From the NCBI GenBank assembly GCA_963677785.2, contig CAXXDH010000003.1:2255534-2319533 (forward strand): a stretch of DNA of 64,000 nt. Reading direction: 5' to 3'. Numbering within the stretch: the first letter of the stretch is position 1; every line of letters starts with the position of its first letter. Origin of the DNA: Desulfovibrionaceae bacterium. Its GTDB lineage: Bacteria; Desulfobacterota; Desulfovibrionia; Desulfovibrionales; Desulfovibrionaceae. The notes beneath the pieces are model-generated. The model saw only the letters and a program-made list of their open reading frames with translations, ran no database searches and had not been told where the DNA came from. Positions 55,750-64,000 of this stretch are shown here, piece after piece. The translations under genes and the position numbers were made by a program.

Positions 55750-56556
55750 TTATTCGCTTTCCTTTTCCCGCAACGCGTTGTTTTCATCCCTGGCGCTGGC
55801 GCGTTGTTGGGCCGTACGCCGGAGTTTGGGCTTGCGGCGCAGCAGGACAAAGAAGGTGATGACCGGGCCGGAAATGATGTAGGCCATAAACAGCGGAAAA
55901 CCGAGCAGGCGCGGCTGCGAGGCCACCAGGACGAAGATCAGGATCACCGTGACCATGGAACTGAACGGATGGGCGCGCAGTCCGCTGTATTCCTTGAAGG
56001 ACGCATAGCGAACGCGGCTGACCATCAGAAAGGAGAGCGCGTATGCCAGGATCAGGCAGAACCAGGCCAGGAATTTGCCCGACAAGGCTTCCGGCAGAAA
56101 GGGCAGAAACAGCACCAGAGTGGCAAGGATGCATCCGGCCGCCGGAATGGGCAGGCCCACGAAGTATTTTTTGGATGAGACCGCGGCCTGGACGTTGAAA
56201 CGCGCCAGGCGCAGAGCGCCGCACGCGGCGAACAGGAAGCAGGCCATCAGGCCGAGCCGTCCGAAGGGCTGCAGCTGCCAGTGATAGAGCAGCATGCTCG
56301 GGGCCAGGCCAAAGGCAATGAGGTCGGACAGCGAATCGAACTGTACGCCGAACTCACTGGTGGTACGGGTCAGGCGGGCGACTTTGCCGTCCAGACCATC
56401 AAAAACCGCGCTGACCAGAATGGCAAGCGCGCAGTTTTCGAACTGGTGGGAAGAAGCCCAGATTATGGCCAGGAAGCCCGAAAATAAACTTGCTGTAGTG
56501 AATAAATTAGGAAGTAAATATACACCTTTGCGGAAAGAAGGGGGAGTCTGCACCAA
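55750..56556 (-). CDS. pssA: CDP-diacylglycerol--serine O-phosphatidyltransferase
   Basis: 268 aa. CDP-alcohol phosphatidyltransferase motif DGLDGKVARLTRTTSEFGVQFDSLSDLIAFG. Downstream of psd. Confidence 0.9.
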   Translation of the reverse strand: MVQTPPSFRKGVYLLPNLFTTASLFSGFLAIIWASSHQFENCALAILVSAVFDGLDGKVARLTRTTSEFGVQFDSLSDLIAFGLAPSMLLYHWQLQPFGRLGLMACFLFAACGALRLARFNVQAAVSSKKYFVGLPIPAAGCILATLVLFLPFLPEALSGKFLAWFCLILAYALSFLMVSRVRYASFKEYSGLRAHPFSSMVTVILIFVLVASQPRLLGFPLFMAYIISGPVITFFVLLRRKPKLRRTAQQRASARDENNALREKESE

Positions 56557-56581
56557 GATAATCGTCCATTACTGCTTATTA

Positions 56582-57238
56582 TTATTGTTGGGCCGTGCGT
56601 TTTCGTGCCAGGACGGATTCGCCGGCAATCACTTTGTCACCTTTATGTAACACTACCGCAAAGCCCTCGGGTATGTAAAGGTCCAGGCGCGAGCCGAACA
56701 TGATCAGGCCGAAGCGCTCGCCGCGTATCAGTTTGTCCCCCAGCTGCGCGTGGCAGACGATGCGTCGGGCGATCAGTCCGGCGATCTGCACCACTGTCCA
56801 GGGCTGGTCGTTGTCGTCCACCAGACGAATGGCCAACCGTTCGTTGTGTTCGGAGGCCTTGTCGAACGAGGCGTTGATGAATTTGCCCGGATGATAATGC
56901 AGGGCTTCCACCACGCCGTCCACGGGCGTACGGTTTACGTGTACGTTGAAGACATTCATGAATACGCAGATCCTGGTCCGCGTGACGTACGGGTCGAAAG
57001 GATCGGGCGCGGGGCCGATTTTGATGATTTTTCCATCCGCGGGCGAGACAATGTCGTCCGGATTTTCCGGGACGTAGCGTACGGGGTCGCGGAAGAAATA
57101 GAGGCTGAAGAGGGTGGCGAGGAAGAAGATAATCGCGCCCGTAACACAGCTCAGGGTTGCGAGAAACAGAGCGCAGAAGGCAAAGGCGCCCACATAGTAC
57201 AAGCCTTCAGAGGCCATGCCGAATCCTGGTTTACGCAT
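56582..57238 (-). CDS. psd: phosphatidylserine decarboxylase proenzyme (short form)
   Basis: 218 aa. ...VSPADGKI..., ...FMNVFNVHVNRTP..., self-cleavage region FGLIMFGSRLDLY. Confidence 0.9.
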   Translation of the reverse strand: MRKPGFGMASEGLYYVGAFAFCALFLATLSCVTGAIIFFLATLFSLYFFRDPVRYVPENPDDIVSPADGKIIKIGPAPDPFDPYVTRTRICVFMNVFNVHVNRTPVDGVVEALHYHPGKFINASFDKASEHNERLAIRLVDDNDQPWTVVQIAGLIARRIVCHAQLGDKLIRGERFGLIMFGSRLDLYIPEGFAVVLHKGDKVIAGESVLARKRTAQQ

Positions 57239-57256
57239 GATGGCTTTCCGTGTGTT

Positions 57257-57910
57257 TTAGATGTTGGCCGGCAATTGCGGCAGGTCGGGGATCCATTGGT
57301 ACAATTCGGTTTCAAATTGTTCCGGGTGGTCAAAGTGGATGGAGCGGATTCCGAGCGATCGGGCCACTTCAACGTTACGGGTGGCGTCGTCGACGAACAG
57401 GCTGGTGTTCGCGGCGCTGCCGGATTTTTGCAAGGCGTTTTCAAAGCAGCGAGGGTCCCGCTTGTGCAAGCGCTCGTGCCAGGAGTTGAAGACGATATCG
57501 AATTTTCCGAAAAACTGGTAGCGTTCGTTGAGTTCGTCCAGCCAGTTGGTCTGATCGCTGAGGATGCAGACTTTGCGCCCGGATTTCTGGAGCAGTTCAA
57601 CAAAAGCGAGCATCCGGGGCCGGATATGGAATCCGTCGAACATCACGTTGCGCATCTGCACGTCTTCGCCCTGCAGGCCGGTACGCTGGCGTACGGTTTG
57701 CCAGAAGGTTTTTTCATCAATGTCCTGAACGAGATAGCCGTCGTCATAGGCCACGTTCACGGCTTCCTGCAGCACCTGCCGGGGGTCGAGCCCCTGGGCC
57801 GTGGCCACGGACATGAAGACATTCAGAAATCCTTCTTCGGCAATGACGCCGCCGAAGTCGAAAAAAACAGTATCGATGGGTGTTGTGTTGTTTTGATTCA
57901 TGAGATTCAT
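57257..57910 (-). CDS. HAD-superfamily hydrolase
   Basis: 217 aa. Motif I FFDFGGVI and motif IV-like LFVDDATRNVEVA. Confidence 0.8.
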   Translation of the reverse strand: MNLMNQNNTTPIDTVFFDFGGVIAEEGFLNVFMSVATAQGLDPRQVLQEAVNVAYDDGYLVQDIDEKTFWQTVRQRTGLQGEDVQMRNVMFDGFHIRPRMLAFVELLQKSGRKVCILSDQTNWLDELNERYQFFGKFDIVFNSWHERLHKRDPRCFENALQKSGSAANTSLFVDDATRNVEVARSLGIRSIHFDHPEQFETELYQWIPDLPQLPANI

Positions 57911-57923
57911 TGAGTTTACGGTG

Positions 57924-58421
57924 TTATTTTAATGCATTGTCAATGGCATCGAGGAATTGCTGCATGCCTTGTTTCAGGAAAGTCTTGGTCTTCCAGTTCA
58001 GCATCTCCGTATAGGAAGGAAAGCCGAGAAAGAGCATTTCCTTGGAAACAGGGGCCTCTTTGGGCTCGCCGGGGACGCATACCAGGGTTTTGCCCGAATC
58101 GTTTTGGTCCGCGTAAAACAATGTGGCTTTATTCAGAAATTTGGCCTGGTCATTGGCTATGCACAACAGCAAATGCTGTTCGCCGGAGGCGTTGTTTTCA
58201 ACTTTTTGTATTTTGCCGATGGGCAGTCCTTGAATCGTGATGCTCGTATCAATGGGCAGCTCTGTTTTACCGAGCATCCGGACCGTGGCTTTGGTATACG
58301 AAAAGGGATTGCACCCGCCGAAAAAGTCGCAGCCGGGCAGGCATGGTAAGACCACAAGGGCCAGAGCCAGGATCAGCCCCTTGAAAAAGCGGCGCCTGGC
58401 AGCGGTGTTGGGATGACTCAT
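57924..58421 (-). CDS. hypothetical lipoprotein
   Basis: 165 aa. Signal peptide with lipobox LPGC (…LALVVLPCLPGCDF). No family recognised. Confidence 0.6.
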   Translation of the reverse strand: MSHPNTAARRRFFKGLILALALVVLPCLPGCDFFGGCNPFSYTKATVRMLGKTELPIDTSITIQGLPIGKIQKVENNASGEQHLLLCIANDQAKFLNKATLFYADQNDSGKTLVCVPGEPKEAPVSKEMLFLGFPSYTEMLNWKTKTFLKQGMQQFLDAIDNALK

Positions 58422-58675
58422 ATCTCGACCTCCAGTGATTCTTTCCTGTTCTTACCCCAGTTCGGTGTAACAGGCCAGACCAGGAATAAGGCGGATTATA
58501 ACGTAATTTGTCAAGGAAAAAGTCAGGTTTTGCTTGCTATAAATGTGCAACTCATATAACTTATTACATAAAGCGTGAGTGCTTTGTTTTTCTCAGGACT
58601 GTGTATCGTTCAAACCTGCTGATCCAGAAAAAATGTTCGATTCACGAACTCGACCGGCTGTTATTGGGGGCGACC

Positions 58676-58951
58676 ATGAACAAGAGCGAACTCGTAAAAA
58701 CCTTATCCGAAGAACTCGACATGCCGATCACGGAAGCAAGTCTTTATGTTGAGACCTTCTTTGACTGCGTAAGTGAGGCATTGCTGGAAGATGCGCGTGT
58801 TGAGATCCGGGGATTCGGGTCTTTTAAAATCAAAGAATACGACGGATATCAGGGCAGAAATCCCAAATCCGGTATTTCCGTTGAGGTTCCTCCCAAAAGG
58901 CTGCCCGTATTCCGTACCGGAAAAGAACTCAAGGACCTTTTGAACGATTAA
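58676..58951 (+). CDS. HU/IHF-family DNA-binding protein (IHF-like)
   Basis: The last 91 codons of ORF 58508..58951, starting at MNKSELVKTLSEEL. ...RVEIRGFGSFKIKEYDGYQGRNPKSGISVEVPPKRLPVFRTGKELK. Confidence 0.85.
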   Translation: MNKSELVKTLSEELDMPITEASLYVETFFDCVSEALLEDARVEIRGFGSFKIKEYDGYQGRNPKSGISVEVPPKRLPVFRTGKELKDLLND

Positions 58952-58985
58952 CAATCAATAACGGCGCCATCAATGGGGCAATGCT

Positions 58986-59933
58986 ATGAAGCAGACCGAG
59001 ATCCTTCTGGAAGCTGGGACCAACGAACTTGAAGTTATCGAGTTCTTTATTGATGAAGAAGATTCGGACACGGGTGAAACCATACGCTGTTATTTTGGGG
59101 TGAATGTGGCCAAAGTTCTTGAAGTCATCGAGAGCCCCGCCCTTTCACATCAAAAATCCGCTGCGCACCCCTGTTTCCTGGGCACTATTCCTTTGCGGGA
59201 CATCGTTCTACCGGTGCTCGATCTGAGCGTCTGGCTGGATATGAAAAAAGTCCCCAATGAATTCGAGGTTATTCTGGTAACGGAATTCAATAAGACCATA
59301 GCCGGATTTCTTGTCTCGGGCGTGACGCAGATTCACCGTGTCACCTGGAAAGACGTCAAGCCGCCGAATTCGTATCTGTCGAGTATGAAGAATATGTGCA
59401 TCACCAGCATGGTGGAACTGGAAGACCATTTCGCCCTGTTGCTGGATCTGGAAAAAATTTTAACGGAACTTGATCCTGACTACGGCAAGGAAGTCGTACC
59501 CGAGTCTGTTGTAGGCAAGAGAGAGTACAATGCGCTGGTTGTTGACGATTCCACCACATTGCGCGTGCTTGTCAAAGACCGGTTGGAAGAAGCCCATTTT
59601 ACGGTGGAAACCCGCAACGACGGCGCTGCGGCCTGGGACTATATCACAGAATTGAAAGAGCGCGGCAGATCCGAGGGAAAACGGATAACGGATTATATCG
59701 ACATCCTCATCTCGGATATTGAAATGCCGCGACTGGACGGCTACACATTGACAAAATATGTCAAGGACGATCCTGATCTGAATGATCTCCCCATCATTTT
59801 GTTTTCATCGTTGATCACCAACGAATTGCGCCACCGCGGTGAGTCCGTGGGGGCGGATGATCAGATTTCCAAACCCGAATTCGTCATGCTGGCCCAACGG
59901 GCGATCAATCTGATTGAAAAAGAACCCTCTTGA
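58986..59933 (+). CDS. cheV: chemotaxis protein CheV (CheW-like domain + receiver)
   Basis: 315 aa. CheW-like N-terminal half and a receiver domain (ALVVDDSTTLR..., DILISDIEMPRLDGYTL...). Confidence 0.9.
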   Translation: MKQTEILLEAGTNELEVIEFFIDEEDSDTGETIRCYFGVNVAKVLEVIESPALSHQKSAAHPCFLGTIPLRDIVLPVLDLSVWLDMKKVPNEFEVILVTEFNKTIAGFLVSGVTQIHRVTWKDVKPPNSYLSSMKNMCITSMVELEDHFALLLDLEKILTELDPDYGKEVVPESVVGKREYNALVVDDSTTLRVLVKDRLEEAHFTVETRNDGAAAWDYITELKERGRSEGKRITDYIDILISDIEMPRLDGYTLTKYVKDDPDLNDLPIILFSSLITNELRHRGESVGADDQISKPEFVMLAQRAINLIEKEPS

Positions 59934-60020
59934 CGTCCGTTCGACGCGAGACTAATTCCAGAGAAACCGTAAGGGCAGCGGTTGCGCTGTCCTTTTCTGT
60001 GCTCTGGGAGAATGGTACAC

Positions 60021-60602
60021 ATGGAAAGATCCTTAAAGAACTTCATCAATGAAGATTTGGAAGTAAAACATCTCAAAATCGGCGAGTGCATTTTTACGAA
60101 TTCGCCCATGGTCATCAGCACGGTTCTCGGATCCTGCGTCAGCGTTTCGTTTTATCACAGAAGAACCGGTTACTCCGGAATTTTTCACGCCATTTTGCCG
60201 CTGTCCAGTGAGGTCAAGTCCGAATTCGGGGCCTGTCGTTTTGTGGACTACTCCATCGACAGCATGGTGCAGAAATTTCGCAGAGTGGACATCAGGCTCA
60301 AGGAACTGGAAATCAAACTGTTCGGCGGGGCGTTCACTTCGGAACGGAGTTCTCGTGAGGACGTGCTCCGTATCGTGGACGTGGGTGCGAAAAATGTGGC
60401 CGTTGCCCGTGAAGGACTCCGCAAACACGGATTGCGGATCATGAACGAGAGCGTACAGGGCGACAGAGGCCGCAAACTGTATTTCTGCACCAACACGGGT
60501 GAAGTTTGGGTGAAATATTTGCGTAAAATGCAGCTGCTCGACCAGAAACGCTTTCAGGCAAGCTGTTACAACTGTGAATCCTCCCGAGCCCAAGCGTCGT
60601 AA
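60021..60602 (+). CDS. cheD: chemoreceptor glutamine deamidase CheD
   Basis: ORF 59982..60602. ATG at 60021 (MERSLKN...) is preferred, with 60012 as an alternative. ...ISTVLGSCVSVSFYH...GIFHAILP... contains the CheD catalytic Cys/His region. Confidence 0.85.
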   Translation: MERSLKNFINEDLEVKHLKIGECIFTNSPMVISTVLGSCVSVSFYHRRTGYSGIFHAILPLSSEVKSEFGACRFVDYSIDSMVQKFRRVDIRLKELEIKLFGGAFTSERSSREDVLRIVDVGAKNVAVAREGLRKHGLRIMNESVQGDRGRKLYFCTNTGEVWVKYLRKMQLLDQKRFQASCYNCESSRAQAS

Positions 60603-60603
60603 G

Positions 60604-62820
60604 CTACTGCAACACTTCCGCCAGGCGCCAGTTGCTGTTCAGCGTCAGACTGTCGGAGACGAATCCCCAGCCGCTGTCCTGGGTGGTATTCTGCAGCTTG
60701 CAGGAGGCCGTGAGCTTCCAATAAGCCACCTTGCCGTTACTTTGCTTCTGCCAGATCAATACGGGCAGGCTGTCAATTTCGGCGACGCCGCCAAGAGTCC
60801 AGGCGCTGTCCAGGGTCAATTCATCGGAAACAAATCCCCAGCCGTCATCCTGCGTATCGTTGGTGAGCTTTCCGTCGTCTCCCAGCTTCCACCAGGCCAC
60901 CTTGCCGTTGCTGGTCTTTTGCCAAAGCATGTACTTCTGTGAACTGATGGTTGTGATCGCGGCCAGCCGCCAGGCGCTGTTCAAGGTGATGGAATCCGAA
61001 ACATAGTCCCAACCGTCGCCCTGGGTGGTATTACGCAACGTACAGCCGTTGGTGTTCAATTGCCAGTACGCCACCTTGCCGTTGCTCTGTTGTTGCCAGA
61101 TCAGGCTTTTGTAGACTCCCAGATCGGTGATGGCCGCCAATCGCCACGCGCTGTTGAGCGTAAGCGTATCCGATACGTAGCCCCAGCCGTCGTCCCGCGT
61201 ATCGTTGGTGAGCTTTCCGTCGTCTCCCAGCTTCCACCAGGCCACCTTGCCCGAGGTCTGTTTCTGCCAGACAAGGAATTTGCCCGCGTCCATTTCCGTA
61301 ATGCCGCCAAGCTGCCAGGCGCTATTCAGGGTCAGCGTATCCGATACGAAGCCCCATCCGCTGTCCTGGGTTTCATCCTGCAGCGCGTAGCCGTCGGTGA
61401 GTTTCCAGTAGGCCACTTTTCCGTTGGTCTGTTTTTGCCAGATCAGGGCTGTGGCGCTGCCTATGGTGGTGGTGGCGCTGAGCTGCCAGGCGCTGTTCAG
61501 GGTCAGTGAATCCGAGACAAAGTCCCAGCCCGAGCCCTGAGTAGTGTCGAAGATTTTTCCGGTGGTGGCCACTTTCCACCAGGCGACTTTGCCGTTGGAG
61601 GCATTTTGCCAGATCAGCCGTGCGGCTTCGGTAAGATCCGGATCCGGTTCGGGGTCCGTTCCGCCGCTGACGGTAAAGGCCATGCCCCCCCATACGCCGT
61701 AAGTATACGACGAGCTCATGGCCTGAAAATTGTACCAGTGGACGCTGTCGTCCCAGGTGTCGTAGCAGGCGTACTGCTGCGAAGGCGAATCCCGGTAGCC
61801 GATAACCGTGATGAAATGATCGGTAGCTCCATCACCATCGCTGTCCACCAGAAAGGCCATGGGGCGGTCGGCGTCGATTTCCGTGGTCAGTACGCTCCAG
61901 GTCAGGGTGGTTCCCATGTAATACTGCGTACCGGTGACGGAATAGGCGGACGAACGATAGGGAGCGTACTCCTCGAAAGCGGGGATGATGTCGTTGGACC
62001 AGCTCCATCCGTAGCGCAGTGACTCGACACTTTGGGACGTTTTCATGAAATCCGCGATGCAGTCGTCGGAATGCTCGTCGCCTTCCGGGGCCTCGGATTT
62101 ATCGGCCAGGATGGTCGGCGTGCTTTCATCGTTGGGCAGGCAATAGTCCCTGTAGTTGCCTGGATCCGAATCGCTGCGCTGCGAAGCGATCATTTGCTGG
62201 ACCGCGTCCGTCTGGGTGGAAGCGGAGCCGTCCAGCAGGTCGCCATAGCCGTTCAGCGCGTAATAACCCGCGATCATGCCCACGGCTGTCGGACCGCATC
62301 CGTGCCGCCAGATATAGGCGGGTACGCCCACAATGGTGGCCTCGGCGCCGCCGCCGAAATCCTGGCCGCTGATTGCCTGCGATTCGGAGAACAGCGCTCT
62401 GGAGGGACGTTTCGGACCGCTCGTACTCAGGTGAGGCTCAAAATAATCGGCCGGAAGATCCGCACGGACTTTGGGTTGCGGATGGACCAACCTGGCGACA
62501 CGGGTAGTGCAGCCGTTGTCCCAGCCCCCAATGATTTTCAGGGAATAGCCGGTTTCGGGCTTGAGTTGAAAATCACCCAGATCCGTAGCCGTAGTGGTGA
62601 TTTTGATAACGTCGCTGGAGTTGTTGCTGGCGGCGGTGTTTAAAGCCTGGCGGAATTCCTCCTCATTTTGCACGCAGAATTCCGCAGCCAGGCTTTGCGT
62701 ACAACAGAATACAAGACAGACTGCCGGCAAAAGGAACGTAGCAAGAAGCCGGCTCCAAAACAGGGAAACGGTTTTTTTGCGTATAAACTTGATTGAAAAA
62801 AAACGGTCGTACGAATGCAT
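60604..62820 (-). CDS. secreted C39-like cysteine peptidase fused to a six-repeat beta-propeller-like domain
   Basis: ORF 60604..62910 trimmed to the ATG at 62820 (MHSYDRFF...), with GAGGAC upstream and a signal/TM segment. Papain-like catalytic set IWRHGCGPTAVGMIAGYY ... DHFITVIGY ... YDTWD. The C-terminus has six ~57-aa repeats (LIWQxxxNGKVAYWKL...GWGFVSDxLTLNSAW). Confidence 0.8.
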   Translation of the reverse strand: MHSYDRFFSIKFIRKKTVSLFWSRLLATFLLPAVCLVFCCTQSLAAEFCVQNEEEFRQALNTAASNNSSDVIKITTTATDLGDFQLKPETGYSLKIIGGWDNGCTTRVARLVHPQPKVRADLPADYFEPHLSTSGPKRPSRALFSESQAISGQDFGGGAEATIVGVPAYIWRHGCGPTAVGMIAGYYALNGYGDLLDGSASTQTDAVQQMIASQRSDSDPGNYRDYCLPNDESTPTILADKSEAPEGDEHSDDCIADFMKTSQSVESLRYGWSWSNDIIPAFEEYAPYRSSAYSVTGTQYYMGTTLTWSVLTTEIDADRPMAFLVDSDGDGATDHFITVIGYRDSPSQQYACYDTWDDSVHWYNFQAMSSSYTYGVWGGMAFTVSGGTDPEPDPDLTEAARLIWQNASNGKVAWWKVATTGKIFDTTQGSGWDFVSDSLTLNSAWQLSATTTIGSATALIWQKQTNGKVAYWKLTDGYALQDETQDSGWGFVSDTLTLNSAWQLGGITEMDAGKFLVWQKQTSGKVAWWKLGDDGKLTNDTRDDGWGYVSDTLTLNSAWRLAAITDLGVYKSLIWQQQSNGKVAYWQLNTNGCTLRNTTQGDGWDYVSDSITLNSAWRLAAITTISSQKYMLWQKTSNGKVAWWKLGDDGKLTNDTQDDGWGFVSDELTLDSAWTLGGVAEIDSLPVLIWQKQSNGKVAYWKLTASCKLQNTTQDSGWGFVSDSLTLNSNWRLAEVLQ
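60607..61626 (-). repeat. intragenic tandem repeat array (6 x ~171 bp) encoding the propeller blades
   Basis: The repeats are visible in the translation. Two non-adjacent units share an identical 55-bp stretch (60852-60906 and 61197-61251). Confidence 0.8.
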
Positions 62821-63101
62821 GAGAGTCCTCAAAGCGGGGCTTAACCGCTTCGTATGCGTCCACCTGAAATAAAGGTAAATTCGAACTTGCCGGGAAGCAA
62901 GTCTTAGCACCCCTGATTTATTATCGGCAAATGAGCCAGGTTGGTTAAGGAATTATTGAAATTCTTTGAGATAATGCACTAAAAAGCTGTGAAGGAACCA
63001 GCTAACTTTTTTTCGGACTAGGGTAGTGGAGATTTTTGAAGAGGGGCTTGACAAAGACGATTGATCTGAATATCTCTATATCAAGATTTAGGAATATAAC
63101 T

Positions 63102-64000
63102 ATGCAATTACTCCTGCACGCACTCAAAGCTCTGGCCGACGAGACCCGGCTCCGGTTGGTCAATGTTTTGCTGTTGTACGAACTGAACGTCGGCGAACTG
63201 GTGGAAATCCTGGAAATGGGGCAGCCCCGGATTTCACGTCACTTGAAAATTCTCAATGAAGCCGGACTGGTAACGTTTCGACGCGACGGATTGTGGGTTT
63301 TTTATGAGGCTATCCGCAAGGGCGAGTTTATCTCCCTGCTGCACGCCATACGGGCGCATTTCGGCAAAGACGCACTCTGGCTCTCGGACCAGGCCAAGGC
63401 GGAAGAGATAGTGCACGAACGTTCCAAGGCGACAACGCGATTTTTCGATTCCATAGCGCCGGACTATGACCGGATCACCGAGGATATGCTGGGTAGCTGG
63501 GACATTAAGTCCGAGCTGGCCGCACGTATGCCGGATTGCCGTGTCGCTCTCGATCTGGGATGCGGTACGGGCGATTTGTTGGGCGTGTTGCTGTCGAAAG
63601 CCCGGAACGTCATCGGAGTGGATAGCTCGCAGAATATGCTGGAAATCGCCCGGCGGCGTTACGCAGCGGAAGAACAGCGCCTGTCGTTGCGGATCGGCGC
63701 CATCGAACATCTGCCTTTGCGGGACAACGAGGCGGATTTTGTTTTGCTGTCCATGGTGTTGCACCATCTTTCGACTCCGGCCGAGGGCATCCGCGAGATT
63801 TTTCGCGTTCTGGATCGAACCGGAACCTTTTTTCTGATTGATTTTGAAAGGCATAATATGGAAACAATGCGATACCACTATGGAGACCGCTGGCTCGGCT
63901 TTGACAGAGCGGAGCTTGGGGGCTGGGTGGAAGATGCGGGCTTTGCCATAGAAAGCCGGCATCAATTCGCAACGACCAACGGACTTACCATACTGCTGCT
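63102..64000 (+). CDS. ArsR-family HTH fused to a SAM-dependent methyltransferase (3' end outside the window)
   Basis: Not in the ORF track because no stop is reached. The ATG at 63102 gives MQLLLHALKALADETRLRLVNVLLLYELNVGELVEILEMGQPRISRHLKILNEAGLV (ArsR HTH). This is followed by ...ALDLGCGTGDL... (SAM motif I) and ...LLSMVLHH... Confidence 0.8.
   Translation, partial: MQLLLHALKALADETRLRLVNVLLLYELNVGELVEILEMGQPRISRHLKILNEAGLVTFRRDGLWVFYEAIRKGEFISLLHAIRAHFGKDALWLSDQAKAEEIVHERSKATTRFFDSIAPDYDRITEDMLGSWDIKSELAARMPDCRVALDLGCGTGDLLGVLLSKARNVIGVDSSQNMLEIARRRYAAEEQRLSLRIGAIEHLPLRDNEADFVLLSMVLHHLSTPAEGIREIFRVLDRTGTFFLIDFERHNMETMRYHYGDRWLGFDRAELGGWVEDAGFAIESRHQFATTNGLTILL

Noticed and set aside
45213-57913. 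Other long alternative-strand or alternative-frame ORFs: 45213..46286(-), 48145..49152(+), 49716..50951(-), 50773..51606(-), 52352..53089(-), 53391..54383(-), 54512..55708(-), 56750..57913(+).
   Set aside because: Each overlaps one or more genes with clear family signatures on the other strand. Their translations are repetitive and Arg/Gly/His-rich, and they lack start-site signals.
63234-63965. 243-aa minus-strand ORF near the right edge.
   Set aside because: The plus-strand frame from 63102 reads as a clean ArsR HTH plus SAM-methyltransferase. It is missing from the ORF track only because it has no stop inside the window.

Overview
GC-rich bacterial chromosome segment. Its gene content includes two sigma-54 enhancer-binding proteins, a glycyl-radical sulfonate-lyase cluster, NifX-like/DUF5320/CGGC genes and psd-pssA. 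This suggests a Desulfovibrio/Bilophila-like anaerobe, which is inference only. Left to right: (1) a hydrolase, MarR and Lnt-like genes. (2) A visibly A/T-rich island (about 3.7-8.0 kb) with a tight three-gene operon of signal-peptide proteins. It is followed by an IS end remnant and an intact ISL3-family IS with an 8-bp target duplication. (3) An AraC / Tat-exported MBL hydrolase / MFS cluster and a TPR glycosyltransferase-like gene. (4) A heavily decayed phosphodiesterase-TPR-sulfotransferase pseudogene. (5) A 2 x 548-bp tandem duplication carrying chemoreceptor-like gene fragments. (6) An apparently sigma-54-controlled block of tauE-EBP, amidohydrolase, TRAP transporter, glycyl radical enzyme (probably isethionate sulfite-lyase) and its activase. 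(7) An orphan T6SS spike island. It holds two vgrG paralogues and an A/T-rich patch with a MITE-like element, then rpe. A convergent DUF2169-pentapeptide / pentapeptide / DUF3540 / DUF4150(PAAR-like) operon follows, with no recognisable toxin. (8) A cobalamin riboswitch with a DUF4198 gene, followed by housekeeping and redox genes. (9) A second EBP with a sigma-54-type promoter in front of NifX-like/DUF5320/IscU-like/CGGC genes. (10) pssA-psd, an IHF/HU-like gene, cheV, cheD, a C39-like peptidase fused to a six-repeat propeller, and an ArsR-methyltransferase fusion cut by the window edge. No rRNA, tRNA or CRISPR array was seen. Many long ORFs antisense to real genes are GC-bias shadows and were rejected. 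Several frameshifts lie in homopolymer runs, so assembly error is a standing caveat.
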